DNA of 64,000 nucleotides. Source: a virus (lineage: Duplodnaviria > Caudoviricetes). Numbering within the stretch: position 1 is the first letter of the stretch; each line of letters starts with the position of its first letter. This document shows positions 46,132-60,712 of the stretch, in pieces. The stretch covers positions 40,465 through 104,464 of IMG/VR virus record IMGVR_UViG_3300028832_000114; one strand, 5' to 3'. Made by a program: the position numbers and the translations under genes. Below the pieces are notes generated by a model. It searched no databases, was not told the DNA's origin, and saw only the letters and a program-made list of their open reading frames with translations.

Positions 46132-49100
46132 TTACGTTGTTAAAGTACAGGTTGTAATAATTCCTTTCTTAATAACAAAATGAATATTTGCATAATCACC
46201 AGTTCAAAAATCTTTTGAAACACCTGCAGTGCCATTAATTCTCAATTCTCCGTCTGGATTTAAATTTACATAGGTTCCTGATTTAATTCCCACTGCGCTA
46301 CCAGCATCTATATTCATATTTACATTTGCATACACACGACCAGAGCCACCAGATCCAAATGAAACGTAACCAATTTGATTACCCGCACCAGTTCTTGAAC
46401 TTGCACTACGGAACGAAATTGATGAAGTCCCACTTGATCCAGATCCAGGATCTGCAGTTGCACTTGCAACATTTAATCTACTTACATATGGATGACTTGT
46501 TCATCCAGATGATGCAAATCCCATTCTTAAAAATCCAGTACCATTATAAACATCTAACATACCAGATGAAATTGTATTAGCACTAACACTTGTAATATGT
46601 CCACTACTAATTTTTAAATCTCCATTACTATCAATAGAACATCCTCCAATAGTTCCAGCGGTTGCTGTAATAGTTCCACCTACTGTGGCATCACTTAATA
46701 CAGCATTTTTAGCATAAATAGTTCCAGTATTAGTTACACCAAAATTATCTCCAGCCTTAAATACTATATTAGATCTGTTTGTTCCACCGATAGTTGCAGT
46801 TATTCCAGTATTACCTAAATATAATGCATTGCTGGCTGTATAAAGTGCATTTGCACCAAGTGTCCATCCAGCAATCTCCCCAGATGTTGCAGTAATTGCA
46901 CCAGCTTTAGTTACTTTAAATGTAGATCCAGTACCAAGTGATATACCATCTTTACCAATATATACACCTTCAGTATTTGCCGTTAAACTAGATTTACCAT
47001 TATATATTGCATCTGCAGTAACAGTTCAAGGCCCAATTGTGCTTCCAGCACCCGCACTTAATGTTCCACTAATTGTAGCACTTTTTGCAGTTAAAGCTCC
47101 TGCAGTTGTTACTTGAAAAGCACTTGTTCCATCTGCAACAGCTCCTAGTGCAATACCATTTGTTCCAATGTAAAAACCCGATGCATTTGTATTAAAATTA
47201 GATTTTCCATAATAAATAGCACTATTAGCATTTCCAGTCCCATTAGTACCTATTGTAATTTTATTTGTTCCGTTTCCAAAAGTTCCTGCGGTAGCATTAA
47301 TTGTACCACTTATAGTTGCTCCAGATGAATATAAATTACCAGATGAGTCTACTCCAAAATTAGAGCCAGATATAAAACGTCAATTAGCAGCCGCATGTCC
47401 AGCTATTGTTTTATTAGCGCCTAAATTAGCAGTACCTAAATATAATGTTGGATTATCAACTGACCCGCCATACCATAATTTATTTGTTTCAATTTTTCAA
47501 TTTGCAATAGTTCCAGATTTTGCAGTTAATGTTCCTGTATTAGTAACTGAGAATACAGAGTTAGCTCCTAAAGCAATTCCATTTGTTCCTATGTAAACGC
47601 CATCTTTAGCATCTGCTAAACCTGTTTTTGTATTATAAATATATGTATTTTTAATTGTTCATCCGCTAGCACCATTTCCAATATATCCTGAAGTTGCGGT
47701 AATTTTTCCTTTTAAAATTACATTATTAGCATATAAATTACCACTATTATCAACTTGAAATATAGATTTAGTAATAGATTCACCATTAACACCTTCATAG
47801 GTAGTTGTTTTTCCTAAACCAATACCTTCTTTTCCAAGATAAAAACCATCACTATTAGCATCTAACGATTTTTTAGTTGTATATACTTGACCTTTTGTTC
47901 CATTTAAAAATAATTGATTATTATATAATACATCGTCAGAACCATCCTTTCCAATAGTCCATCCTCCAATGTGTCCGCCGCCTGCAGCAGTTAATTCACC
48001 ATTCTTATCTACTTTAAATTTTCCACTACCAAATCTAATTTCAGGTGTAGCTAAATCAATAAGCATACCGGCAGGATTTTCATTATTTTCAGTATAATTA
48101 ATTGGTAAACCAACATTTTCATCATCAGTATGATAACTTTTTCAAAAATTATTACTATAAAGTAATGCTTTATCTGTTTGTGGGTCTACAATAATTTGTC
48201 CACCGTTTCCACCCTTACCAAAAATGGCAGAACCATTTTTACTATTTAAAAATAAACTTCTAATTCCTTTATGGTACCCTATTAATCCTACATCTGAATT
48301 AGTTCTTCCTCTTTCACGAACAGCACCCATATATACACCAGTAAAAGTTCCATCAGATTCTTTTAAACCTGCTCCGGCTTGCGGAGTTAAAATTCTACCA
48401 GCAGCATTATCTATTGAAATTGAATTTCCATCTCAACTTTCAATTCCTGCTAATCCATGTCTATTTAAATAAAAATGGACAGGAATATGAATCTTTGCAA
48501 TTTGTATATCATCTTTATCTTTAATTTTGACTTCTATCGCATCGGTTAAACATTCTCCATTATAATCATCCTTTGGAAAATAAATTTTTGAATTTTCCAT
48601 TAAATTATTTTTTGGAATTAAATGTTTATCAGATATTCAAGAAGTACCATTTTTAACTCTTCCTTGTGTAGACCATACATAAGTTACCCTATAATCATTA
48701 GACACTGTAGAAATATCTTCAACAAATCCATTAATAACTTTTGTTACTTGTAAAGTAAATGGCTCAGCATTATCATACATAGGGTTACGACCATCACTAG
48801 AATAACATACATATCTAAAACCAGTATTTTTAATTAATTTTACAGCATAATCAGAAGATGTTTCCGCAGTAATAATTGGCATTGTGCAATAATAACTAAT
48901 TCCTTGATAAGTTACAATACCTTGAATAATATTTGCAGGTTGATCATCTTGATATTTATCTCAATTAAATTCATATTTATGATCATTTGTTTCTTCAATT
49001 ATAATAGAAGAGCTATCTTTTGTTACTGTGTCTGGCGTACCATTTAAAGTATTATATTTATTTTGTAAAACTTTTCATTCCACAGTAAAACTACCGCTAC

Positions 49101-51309
49101 TATCAGTTCCATCAAATATTTTTTGTCCGTTTTCTCATAATTGAATTCTAAATCATTTTTTTGGAGTAGCAACACCATAATTCATAATACCATTTAAAAC
49201 CATTGGATAGTCATCAAAATTACTATTATTTGTATTTGGAACTATTTTACATATAATGTCACTACCATTAGTTCCAGGTTCACCCTGTTTTACAAAAATA
49301 AAATTAGTTTTTGCTTCTAAAGTTAAATTTTTATATTTAACTGTTAATTTAATATCATTATTTGTTTTATTAATATTATATTCATCCACAATTCCATATC
49401 TCAAGCTTAAATTATTAGAACTTTCTCCAACTAATAAAGTATTTTCAGTTGGAACTTCCCATTGAACATCACATTCTTCTAAAACAATGTCACTTAAAAG
49501 ATAACCTAAATTATCTGTAATTGTAAATGTTAATGGCTCAATAGTAATTGGTCTTTCTAATGAACTATTAACAGGTGAAACACCTAAATCATCATAAGTA
49601 AATACTTGAGTTCCATTAATAATATTTAAAACATATTCACCTTCAGTCAATAGTCTATTGTGAAGAGTAATTGCGGCAGTACCTACAACTAAATCTTGTT
49701 TTTTAACCAAACATTTAAAAGTTGTATAATTAGTTACTTGACGCATATCTATTTTAATAAGTTTATTTTTTTCAACCCTTTGAATATTATCATATTTATC
49801 TACAATTACTTGAAGCGCGTCCAAGTCTGCTTGAACGGCCGCAGGCATTATTTCTTCAGTTGCAATCTTTGCTTGTATTAAGTCACGATCTGCAATCGCT
49901 TCATTATATTCAATATTTTCATCATAAGTTTCTAATAATTCAGTTACGGTACCATTAACATCAACCATGCTTCATGAATAAGTATAATCTTCTAAATTTT
50001 CTTCTTTATCAACATAGCAAGTCAATGTTGGTCTTCCATTATCAAAATAAAATTTTGTACCTAAACTACTAATAATACTAAGTTCTGTGTTACCTTCATA
50101 AACATAAATACATATTTCATCTTTCGCAAGTATCTCTTCTCTTTTAACAACAATACATTTAATATTAGTACAACTACTATTACAAAAACTTCTTGTAATA
50201 ACACATTTATCATTTTGAGTTAATCACATTTTAGTTTGTTCATCAACGATATTATATTCATTAATACATTCCCACCCCTCACCAGCATAATTTATATAAT
50301 TAACATCATTAATTTTTACTTCATTGTTTTCTCTAAATCAGTAATATTGAATTTCTGTATTATTAACAATCTTACCATCGTTTCTTAGTACACTTTCAAT
50401 AGTAACAGTATCGGTAGGTAAACTAAATTCATTAAAATATCCTTTACCAGGTTTACTTAACACCAATGTATATCCATTACTATTAGATAAATCTCTTAAT
50501 CCATATAATTCAAAATCTTTAATAAAAATATCATTTTTTAATAAATTATCATTAGTAATAATATAAGGAAAGCCCTTTTCAAAAATGTAAATAGATTTAA
50601 CCTGAATAAAATTTTCATTACTAATTTCAAAAATATCATATTGTTTAGTATAATCTTTTTGATCATATGGAGAACCTGTCATCCTGTTAACATCAACAAC
50701 AAAATCTTTTTGAATAACATCACCGGTAATATTATCCGTAAATTCCATAGTGACACCAAATCCAAAATTACCACTTTTTTGTTGTTCTACTGGTAAATCG
50801 GTTTTAAACTTAGCTCCACAAAGTATCATTCTTGTTTCAGCAATAGATTCAGAAAAAACTATCGGGTCAAAATTAATATTATTAACATTATTTTCTACAT
50901 CATATAAATATAATTTATTATTATCTTTGTAAGAACATAATTCAAATTCTTGTATTGCGGAAATTGAATTTCCAACCTCTATTTCATATTGTTCATCTTC
51001 TTCCTTAATAATATTTCTTTCTATTGCTTCTTTATCAACAGTATCAAGAATTGTTTTTGTTTTACTAAAATCATTATTAGGAATTGTAATGTATACTAAA
51101 GTTCCTTCTGGATACTTTATATCAATATTACTAGAATATGCTTCAATTTCACTATCTTGGTATTTTATTTTATATTTTCCAGTTTCCGCATCTTCAAGTG
51201 AAATAATTGTCCCTTGAATTGTTCTATCATAACCAGCTTTAGACACTGCATTATCTACCATAGTTTCAATAGCATCAAGAATTTGATTTTCATAATTAAC
51301 ACTACTCAT
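46132..51309 (-). CDS. Large tail tip/central fibre protein, 1,725 aa
   Basis: Five ORF fragments (50338, 49153, 48637, 48142, 47659) share one frame; C-terminal Gly/Thr-rich G.I.ATSG.I..W.I beta-repeats. Confidence 0.8.
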
Positions 51310-51344
51310 TGAAACACTCTCCTTTTCTCTCTTCTTTTATTCTT

Positions 51345-51392
51345 CTAAAATAATATAAAAAATTATTAAATTATATTTTCTTTATTGGGCCA
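51345..51392 (-). promoter_or_regulatory. Putative phage late promoter
   Basis: TGGCCCAATA...TTTTTTATATTA. Confidence 0.55.
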
Positions 51393-51395
51393 AAT

Positions 51396-51434
51396 AAAAA
51401 AAATAGGTAGTTATTATTTTAACTACCTATTTTC
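51396..51434 (-). terminator. Terminator overlapping the tape measure stop
   Basis: AAATAGGTAGTTA / TAACTACCTATTT plus T-run. Confidence 0.75.
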
Positions 51435-54400
51435 CATTACCCTTTGTGCAGCAACATTAACTAAATTATTTAACGCCTCTTCAATTTCTCTTGCATTACG
51501 AACATTAGGGAATGATGCGTCAATGTGAACATCTTGTTCTAATAATCCATTGCCGCCACTAATATTTGTATAACCAGAAGCACTTGCATTTGCTAATTTA
51601 GATAATACTGTACTACCAAGTGAATATGTTAATCCTCTCATTACTGAAATAGCATTTAACATATTTTTAGTATCTGATTGATTTAAAACAAGTTCTTTTT
51701 GATGTAGAGTTGCTAAACGACCTTGACCACTTCAATTGCCAGTATAACCACCAGTATCATATCCAGAAATATCTTTAATTTTAATCCATCCAACTCATGA
51801 ACTACTCTTACTAAAATCAGGACTTGTTCCAACATGAACTCAACCCTTACTCTTATAATTTGTATTTTGGATATATAATTTTGAACCTTTTTTATAATAT
51901 GGATTTTTTATGTAACCGCTTCCAACAGATGTTGCATAACTAGAATTAATTGTAACTTTATCTCCAACATCAACTTGTCCATTGCCTTGAGGTTCTACTT
52001 TTGTAGGTTCTTGTTTTTCTTCAAGAGTTTCATTATTATTTTCATTATTGCCTTGATTACCTTGTTGACCATTTTTTTCTTCATCTTCAATTTCATCTAT
52101 TTGTTTATTCTTTTCTTTATGTTCATATTCATAAGCTGCGGTTGCCGCATTTTTTGCAGCCTCTTCTGCATCTTTATATTGTTTTGTTAATTTAACAACT
52201 TCATCATAAACCTTTTTAACATATTTTAATTCTTTTTTATAACAGTCAATTAAATCTTTATTATCTTTTACTAAAGTTTCTGTTTTAGTAATATCTTCAT
52301 CAAGACCATTTTTAATTTCTTCAAATGTTTTGCCAGATGATTTTTCTAAAGCCGCTATATCAGATGAATATGTTTTTTGAGCTTTAGTAATTTTTTGTCA
52401 ACTTTTTTTAGTAACAGTAGCAAAACCACTTTCTCCATTGAACGTATCGTTCATATTGTTTGTATTATCAACAATATTTTGTGCAGCTTCTTGAAAACTT
52501 TGAGACATTTCATTAGTTTTACTTTTTACAGAATTAGATGTTTTAGTAAAGGCTAAATCAATTGCCGCAATTCCACCTTCTCCATCTTCTCCTGTTAAGA
52601 AGTAATCAAGCATATCTGAAACACCAGTTTTTCAAGTTGGCACCATTTCACGTAAAATTAAATCTTTTTCAGTATTGGTTAAATTTGCAAAAGCCTCTTC
52701 AGACAAATCATTTAAATTTTTTCAATCCTCAAAAGCAGATTCTTGTAAATTATATTTTGAATCTAAATAATCTTGTTCAATTTGAACCATTAACTCATTA
52801 TATTGTTCTTGGATTAATTTTTCTTTTTCTGCACGTTTTTCTGGATCTGTAATCATTGCAGCTTCTGCCATTTTTTGCTGATATTCACTATAAATGCTGT
52901 AAGCATCATTTAATACTTGATTATATCTTTCTTTATCAAAATTATATAATGAATTAGTTAATTGATCAACTTGATCTTGCGCTTTTTGAATTTCATCTTG
53001 ATTAGCAGTATACTGATAAGTATAATTACCTTGGCTATCTCTTCTTAATCTCATTTGAGATTTATTTTGACGAGCATCTTCAAGGGCTAATCTAGCAACT
53101 TCAAGTTCATATAATTTATTTGCTCTATCTAAATCATATTGAGTTAATCTATCTTTCTCTTCTAACGTTGCTAATTGCTCATCCATAATTTTTTTCAATT
53201 TTTGTTGAGCTTTAGTATTATCAGATTTATTAATAGCATCTGTATATTTTTTCTCTAATTCTCGAATGCCATAAGTTGCATTGATTGTATCAAGATATCT
53301 GTCTGCATTTTTATTAATTAGTTCTCATTGTTCATTTACAAAATCCAATCCTTTTCCACCCGTTACTTCATTATTTAAAGCTTTAAAAATTCCATTAATA
53401 GCATTTTGAAATTTATCAACTGCATTTTGCAAACTTTCTTCTAATGTTTTGTTAAGATCTTGGGCTGCAGTTTTTCAATTTTCAGTAACAGCTTCAAGTC
53501 TCTCTTCTGCATCTAAATACTCATCTTGAACTTCTTTTCATTCTGTACTATTTTCTTCTAATGTACTTAATTCTTTTTGTAAATTATCAACTCTTGTTTG
53601 TTCTGCGCTCATTTGTTCTGCTCAGAATTGTTTTTCTTGTCTTTGAAAATCTAATGTATCATTATAATTTTCTTGCTGTCTTGTATAAAATTGGTCTAAC
53701 TCTTCATATGAGTCTTCTCCATAAACTAATTGAATAATTTTTTTATCATGTTCTATTAAATCATTTAATAAATTATAATTATCAATTTGTTTATCAAAAG
53801 CTTCTTGAGATGCAGCTATTTGATCTAATACCGCTTGATGTAAATCTCTTTCAACTTGTTCAGCATCTTCAATAGATTGCATTAAAGCAGTATATTTATC
53901 TTTAAGTTCATCTAATGCTTTAGCTCGATCATTAACAGTAGTACCATCTGCCGCCTTAGCGCTATAAACGGAACTAAGACCACCTTCATCCATAATTTTT
54001 AATTCTCTAAGAATTGATTGTACTTGTGATGTTTGAGCTTGAATATCTCCACGACCATTTGCCGCATAATATGTTTGAAGATCTGCTTTTCTAGCTTTAG
54101 CATTACCTAAAATATCGCTTTCTCTAATACCTTGAATATTTTTCTTTTTTCATGCATTTCAATCTCTTGTTGCTTGATTCATATCAAGAGTAATTTCTAA
54201 TTTTAAATTAAATTTTTGAATTTGAATTTCTATTTGTTTTTCTAATGCATCTAATCTACTTTGTTCTAATTCTGGAATTAAACTAACTGTAACTTCATCA
54301 TATCTATCAATATCAGATTTAAATTTTTCATATTTTTCTTTTGCTTTACTTAAAATTTCATCATCGTCTCATTTTTCTTGCTGAGCTTTAGTTAAACCAT

Positions 54401-57400
54401 TATATTTATCTACTAATGCATTATATTCAGCTTCTGCAGCATCTAATGCTTCTTTATAATTAGAAACTGTTTTATCACTGTTAAACACAACACCCCGTGC
54501 AGCTAATTTTTTAGCTAACTCATCTTGTTCGCCCTCAGCAATTTTTAATTTTTTAGTATAATTATTAACTTGAGTATTTAATAAACTCCATTGTTGATTT
54601 AAATTTTTTAATAAATTACCACCAACAAGTTTATTTTGTTGAGATTCTAATTTTTTTAATGAATTATCAATTTTTGTAATCTGAGTATTAATTTTATGAT
54701 ATCTATCTACTTCATCATCTATATGTTTTTCTTTTTTAGGTTTTGATTTTGATCCGCCGCCAGATTTTCCTTTTCCTGTGTCTGTTGGTGGTTTATATTT
54801 AAAATTACCAACATTTGCACCTTTAAACTTAGTATTACCAGCATTAATTACAGGAATATTGATTTGTCCCTGAACATCTGTAGTTGCTTTATTAGTAAAT
54901 GTTTTTGTTTCTCCTGTCGTTGGGTCTGTATATTGGTATGTTGCGGTTTCAGAGTTAACCTCAGTAAGAGTTGCTGGAACCGTATCAATTGTAGGATTAT
55001 AACCAATACCAGCTAAAATTTCATTAGCCTGTTCTTTAGTAATATCAAAATTTCTTAATAAAATATTTAATTTTTCTGCTAGTTGTGGATCAATTTCAGT
55101 TCCAATTTGTATCTTTTCAAGATCTAATCCCTGAATATAATTTACCAAATCATTAACTTCATTTGGTAATTTATCTTTTCAATCTGTTTTTAAATTAACA
55201 ATAAAATCTTTTGTTGCAGCTTTTTGTAAATCATCTAAAACCTTTATATCACCACTTGCTAATTTTTGTATTTCTTTTAAATGATCTCTAACAAAATCTT
55301 CTGATATATCTTTTCCTAAAATATCTTTTACTGCGGTAATAGCTTTACCAACCTGTTCCATTTCATCTGGAGTAAGATTTTGTCTTTTTTGTCATTTCTT
55401 AAGACTATCTTCTCCATCTTTTAATGCCGTATTTAAAGTATCTAATTTTTTACTTAATTTATAATGATGTTCTGCTGCGGTAATAGCAAATGAATCATTT
55501 TCTTTTAAAGCTTTGCTATTTTTTATTAATTCTTGAGTATATTTATAAAAACCATTAGCATCAGCTTCAATTTCTTTAGCTTTTGCATTAGATTGAGTTC
55601 TAAAACTTTGATTTTGTAAATCTTTTAATTCTCCAGCTGTACTTGTTTTTGAGCCTTTAATAGCATTAAGAAATTCTTTCATTGATGGAACACCATCAGT
55701 TTCATCAATTTTAATACCCAAATCTTTTAATGATTGTTCTAAATTTTGATCTGCATCAATAATTTCTTTAATTTTATTAATATCTTCAGGAGTTAAGCTA
55801 TCAACATCACGAGATAAAATTTTATCTGCCAAATCAGAATCAATATTGTATTTTTGACTAACTTTTCCTCTTTCTTCATTTGCTCTTGTAATAATTTCTT
55901 CTTGAGAAACAATTTCTTTATCCATTTCTTCAAGAGCTTTTTGTCATCTTTCTATATGATCTGATTGATATAAATCAAATTGTCCTCCTTGTTGTCTATA
56001 CGCAGCAATAGAAGCCGCCATTTCATCTGCGGTATATCGTTGACCATTATATTCATACTGTCTTTCTTCGTCGCCATAGTCAACATTAGTAAATTTTGCT
56101 TGAGAAAATTCTTCTCCTCGAGACTCAAGAAACATTTTCATAAATGTTATTGCGTCTACATCAAACTCTTCACTGATTGTATCGACTCCAGATCTCTCAG
56201 CTTCTCTAACAGTTTCTTGAATCTTTGGTAATTTACCTGCTTGTTCTCCTTGTCATAGTACTGATCCATAGCGACCGCCCTGTTCTTTAACTTTATCTGG
56301 TACTATAATCTTATTAATATTATTAACATTAGTATCTATACTTTTTAAAGTCTGCGCAATATTTTGAAAAGTTCCCTGTTGATCTTTAAGAGTTCTTTCT
56401 ATAGTCGAAGTATAATAATTTTTATTACTTCCACCATTTTCATTAGCATATTTTTCTGCAATTTGAGAAACTAAAGCTTCATAATCTTTTTTAGATAAAC
56501 CTGTTTGTCCTAATTTTCTTTGCTCTTCTTCAGTAAGATACGTTGACCAGATTTTAGTATTAGAATTTCTACTATCATATCCAGTGTTTTTAGATCGTTC
56601 TGCAACAGAGATACGTACAGTTTCTAAAGCTCTTTCTCTATCTTTTCCATATAAAGTTAATTGATTAATATATTTAGCATATTTAGTATTATCTAATGCA
56701 GCTTCTTTTTTTTCTATATATTCATTTAATTTTTCTTCATCAAAAGATAAATAATTTCCAGAACTTTTTATAATACCTTCTATATTTAATAAATCTGGAT
56801 ATTTATCTAAAATAGATTGTACTTCTTCATTAACCTTTTTTAATTGCTCATTCCATTCTGAAGAATAAGTAATACATCCATCTAAAGTATTTTTAGCATC
56901 TTTGAAAGAATCCCAAGATTGTTTTAAATCATTTAATGAAGTCGCTAATTCATCTGCGCTTTTAGTTAAATTTTCTTGTGCCTGTTGTAAAGTTTTATAT
57001 TCTCGTTCATTCTTTGTTACGGATTGATAAATTGCATAAGCAGCAACACCAATCGCTGCGCCAATAGCAATATATGGAGCTAATGCCAATAACGTTTGTC
57101 CTATTGCTGCTGTTAAACCTTTAAATGTTGCAGCAGTACTAATATTAGCTGTAGTTAATTTTCCTTGTGAAGCTGCATATTCAACATTCGTAACAACACC
57201 ATTTTGTTTTACTTTATTATTAAGCGCAACCGCCGCAGTTTCTTTTGCTTTTGTTTTTGCTGCCTTTTTTGCTGCCGCTTCTTCAATATAATAATTAACC
57301 GCTATTTTTTTTGCAGTATCAGCAATAACACCAATATTTTCTTTAATTAATTTCATGCTATTGCCAAACATAGCTATACTTGTTGCTAAAGCACTTATAA

Positions 57401-60065
57401 TTTGAATTATTTTTTCTCCTGCAGATAAACTATCATTTTTAAAAATGTTTCAAATATTTACAAAAGAATTTAAAGCAGTTGAAGCTTGTCCAACAGCAGA
57501 CGCTAATTTTACTCATTGTTCAGTATTAATCGTTTGTTTTGCTACATCAACAGCCCCTTTAATTTTTTGACTTGTATTATCTATATCATTATTTAATTTC
57601 TTTGTTGCTTTTTCATGTTCTTTACTTGCACTTTCTGAAATTTTTTGAGTAGCAGTATTAATTTGTTGTTGAGCTTTGCTTGTTGCATCTTTTAAATCTT
57701 TAACTAAAGGATCATAAAATCCAGTAGTAATATTTTTATTAAAACTAGTTCTAGCTTTTTTATTTGATGAGCTTTTAACTTTATAAATATAATTAGCTTC
57801 ATTACTCAATTGTTCTCTTAAAGCTTTAACTCTATTAAGTATGTTATTTTTTTCTTCTTCTGTTAATGCTCCAGATAAATTATGGGCAAAAGTTTCTGCT
57901 TGATCTGCGGCTGCTAGCATATTTTTTCTGATATTTTCAATATCATCTTTCATGACATCGCCCTTATTTTTTGCTTCTCCTGTTTGTTTATCTTTTTGTC
58001 ATTTTTTTGAGCCTCAGTTTTCTTTTTTTGTATCATAATCTTCTTGCATTCTTTTTTGAGCTTTTTCAACAAGAGCTAAATATTGTTCGTATCCACCAAT
58101 AAGTTTATTTTGTTCATCTACAGAACCTTTTATATTTTCAGTTAATTTTTTTTGTGCATTTGCAGCTGCTTCAATAGTTGCATTTTCATCTAAATCTGTT
58201 GCTTTATCTATATTTTGAACACTTTTAATATAATCAACTGCACTATTAAGTTCTTCTTCTTGTTGAGCTCTTTGATTTAAAAGTTCTTCTAATTGAGTTA
58301 TTCATTGTGTAATTTGATTAATAGAATCTTGATCCATTTTTGTCATAACAGATTGAAATTCTGCTATAACATCTTTTAATTCTTTTCACACTGGATCATT
58401 TTGAATATCTTTATTTTCATTTAATAATTTTAAATTGTCAATTGCTGTTTCTGCATCCATTGCAGCTTGTTTTGTCTTTTGTAAATTTCTAATTGTTGTA
58501 GTAAGACCAGTAGCAATTTGATTGCTAAATACTTGAGTTCCAATAGAACCAAGCATTAATAATGCATTTCCGCCACCACCAATACCTTCAACAAAATTAG
58601 ATACTAATTTAACAATATTTGTTAAACTATCTATTAAAGAATTGATACCTTTATTATCAATAAAACTACTCATTAATCGTTCTGTTGCAGTTGATAATTG
58701 AGTTAAATGAGCTTCTGTACTTTCTAAATAAATATCTTGTTGTTTTTGTAAAGTACCAAGTGAACCACTAGCAGTAGAAATATTTGTTTGAACTTTATCT
58801 CAATTATCAAACAATGCTACTAATTGAGTATATTGTCTTGTTCCAGCAACATTTTCTGCCAAAGCAACTTTTTGAGCTTGAGATAATGTTTGTCATTTAG
58901 CACCCATTTCATTCAAAATGGTATCCATTTTCTTTAATTCGCCATATTGATCTTTTATATTAATACCAACTTTTTGTAATGCTTCTGCATAAGTACCTAA
59001 AGTAGTTCCATCTTCTAATGTTTTTCCAAGCTCTAAATCTTGAATACGAGCAAAAATTGTTTTAAATGCAGTACCAACAGTATCTGCGCTTTGACGAGTT
59101 TGAGCAACTACAGTAGCTAATGCGGCAGTAGCATATTCATAACTTAAACCTACTGTTTTAGCTACAGAAGCAAACTTTTCTAACCCCGTTGCGATTTCCT
59201 CAGAACTTGCAGCTGTACTAGCTCCCAATGCAGTAATAACATCGGCGAAATACTCTAATGATTTACTACCAGTATCAAAATTATTTCAAATAGCAGTCAT
59301 GTAATCAGAAACTTCTTGTGCAGATGCTCCTAATACATTAGCCATTTTTACCGTAACTTCTGCTCTTGCACTAGCTTCTTCCGTTCCTAAACCTTGTTGA
59401 AAATAAATTAAAGAAGCTTTTGCAAAATCTAATGTACTTGCTCCTAAAGATTGGGCTGCTCTATTTGCTTGAATTGCAAATTTTTCCATTTCTTGAGCAG
59501 ATTGTCCACTAACAATTCTAATATCATTTAATGCTGAATCTAAATTTTTAGCATAACCTCAAGCTTTTTGAAGAGAACCTGCTAATGTATTATAAACACT
59601 TGATGAAATTCCCCATTGTACAGTATTTTTTAATGATGTCGCCATCTTATCTAATAATTTATGAGATTCTTTCATCTGAATATTCATAGTTGTTAAACCA
59701 GTTGCTAAACTTCTAAATGCAGTTGTTCCTGCTGGACCCAAGCTTGTTAAATCTTTATATAATTTAGTTAAATCTACTCCTTTTAATGACTGACTAAATT
59801 TAGTAATATTAGTTGTTCCTAAGTTAGCGTTAAAAGCTTTTTCTAATGCGGTTTGAACAAGTGCAGCTTCTTTTTGAATTTCAATTAATTCTTTACGAGA
59901 TTGTGCTAATGATTTATTTTTTGACGTATCAAAAGTTGCTTTTTGATATTGTTCTGTTGTCATAGCAGAAATTTCTTGTAAACTCTTTTTTAAAGTTTGT
60001 AAACTTTGATTATCAATAGAAAAACCAACACTATATTCAATTTCTCCATATTTTTGACCAGCCAT
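51423..60065 (-). CDS. Tail tape measure protein, 2,880 aa
   Basis: Fourteen code-11 fragments share one frame, separated by TGA; TP901-like core (TRQSADTVGTAFKTIFARI), long helical heptads, C-terminal YDTGGYTG/LHQKELVLN. Confidence 0.9.
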
Positions 60066-60175
60066 ATCCTTCTTCCTCCTTTTATTTCATAAAAATTATT
60101 CCAAAATAAAAATTCCCTCTTATCTATTTATGATAAAAAGGAATAATCTATTAATCTAATCTACCCATTGTATTT

Positions 60176-60712
60176 TTATTTAATTGGACGACCACCATTA
60201 GAAGCTTTAACAAAATCTAATACATTTTGATATTTAGTTAAATCAAAATTATTCATTATTTCTGTCATTTTTTCAGCCTCAATTGGTAATTCTTTTAATA
60301 AACTAGATACCATACCTGCTGCAGTTGTACTATATTTTAATTCATTTTCAATTTTTTCATTTGTCATTTTTAATAATTCATTATATTCATATTCAGGAAT
60401 TGCCGCAATAATTTCATTAATTAAACCATTGCTTTCCATAGCATCATATAACTTTTCTTCATCTTCTCTTTGCTTCTCAGTAAAAGTAAGATTAGTATAA
60501 AGATAAATTAAATGTAAATGAAAATACATATTCACTTTTAATGGATTATATAATTTTTCTTCTTTTGATTTTTGTAATGTAATATCAACTAAATCAATTT
60601 TATCACTAATTGATAAATATTGCTTAACTTCAATTTTATATTCATTAAATTGAATTTCTTTTATATCTTCTTTTGTTTTTAATTTTAAACTTGAATAAGT
60701 TATTTTACTCAT
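60176..60712 (-). CDS. Probable tail assembly chaperone
   Basis: Directly upstream of the tape measure; GGAGG RBS before MSKIT; IEVKQYL. Confidence 0.5.
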   Translation of the reverse strand: MSKITYSSLKLKTKEDIKEIQFNEYKIEVKQYLSISDKIDLVDITLQKSKEEKLYNPLKVNMYFHLHLIYLYTNLTFTEKQREDEEKLYDAMESNGLINEIIAAIPEYEYNELLKMTNEKIENELKYSTTAAGMVSSLLKELPIEAEKMTEIMNNFDLTKYQNVLDFVKASNGGRPIK

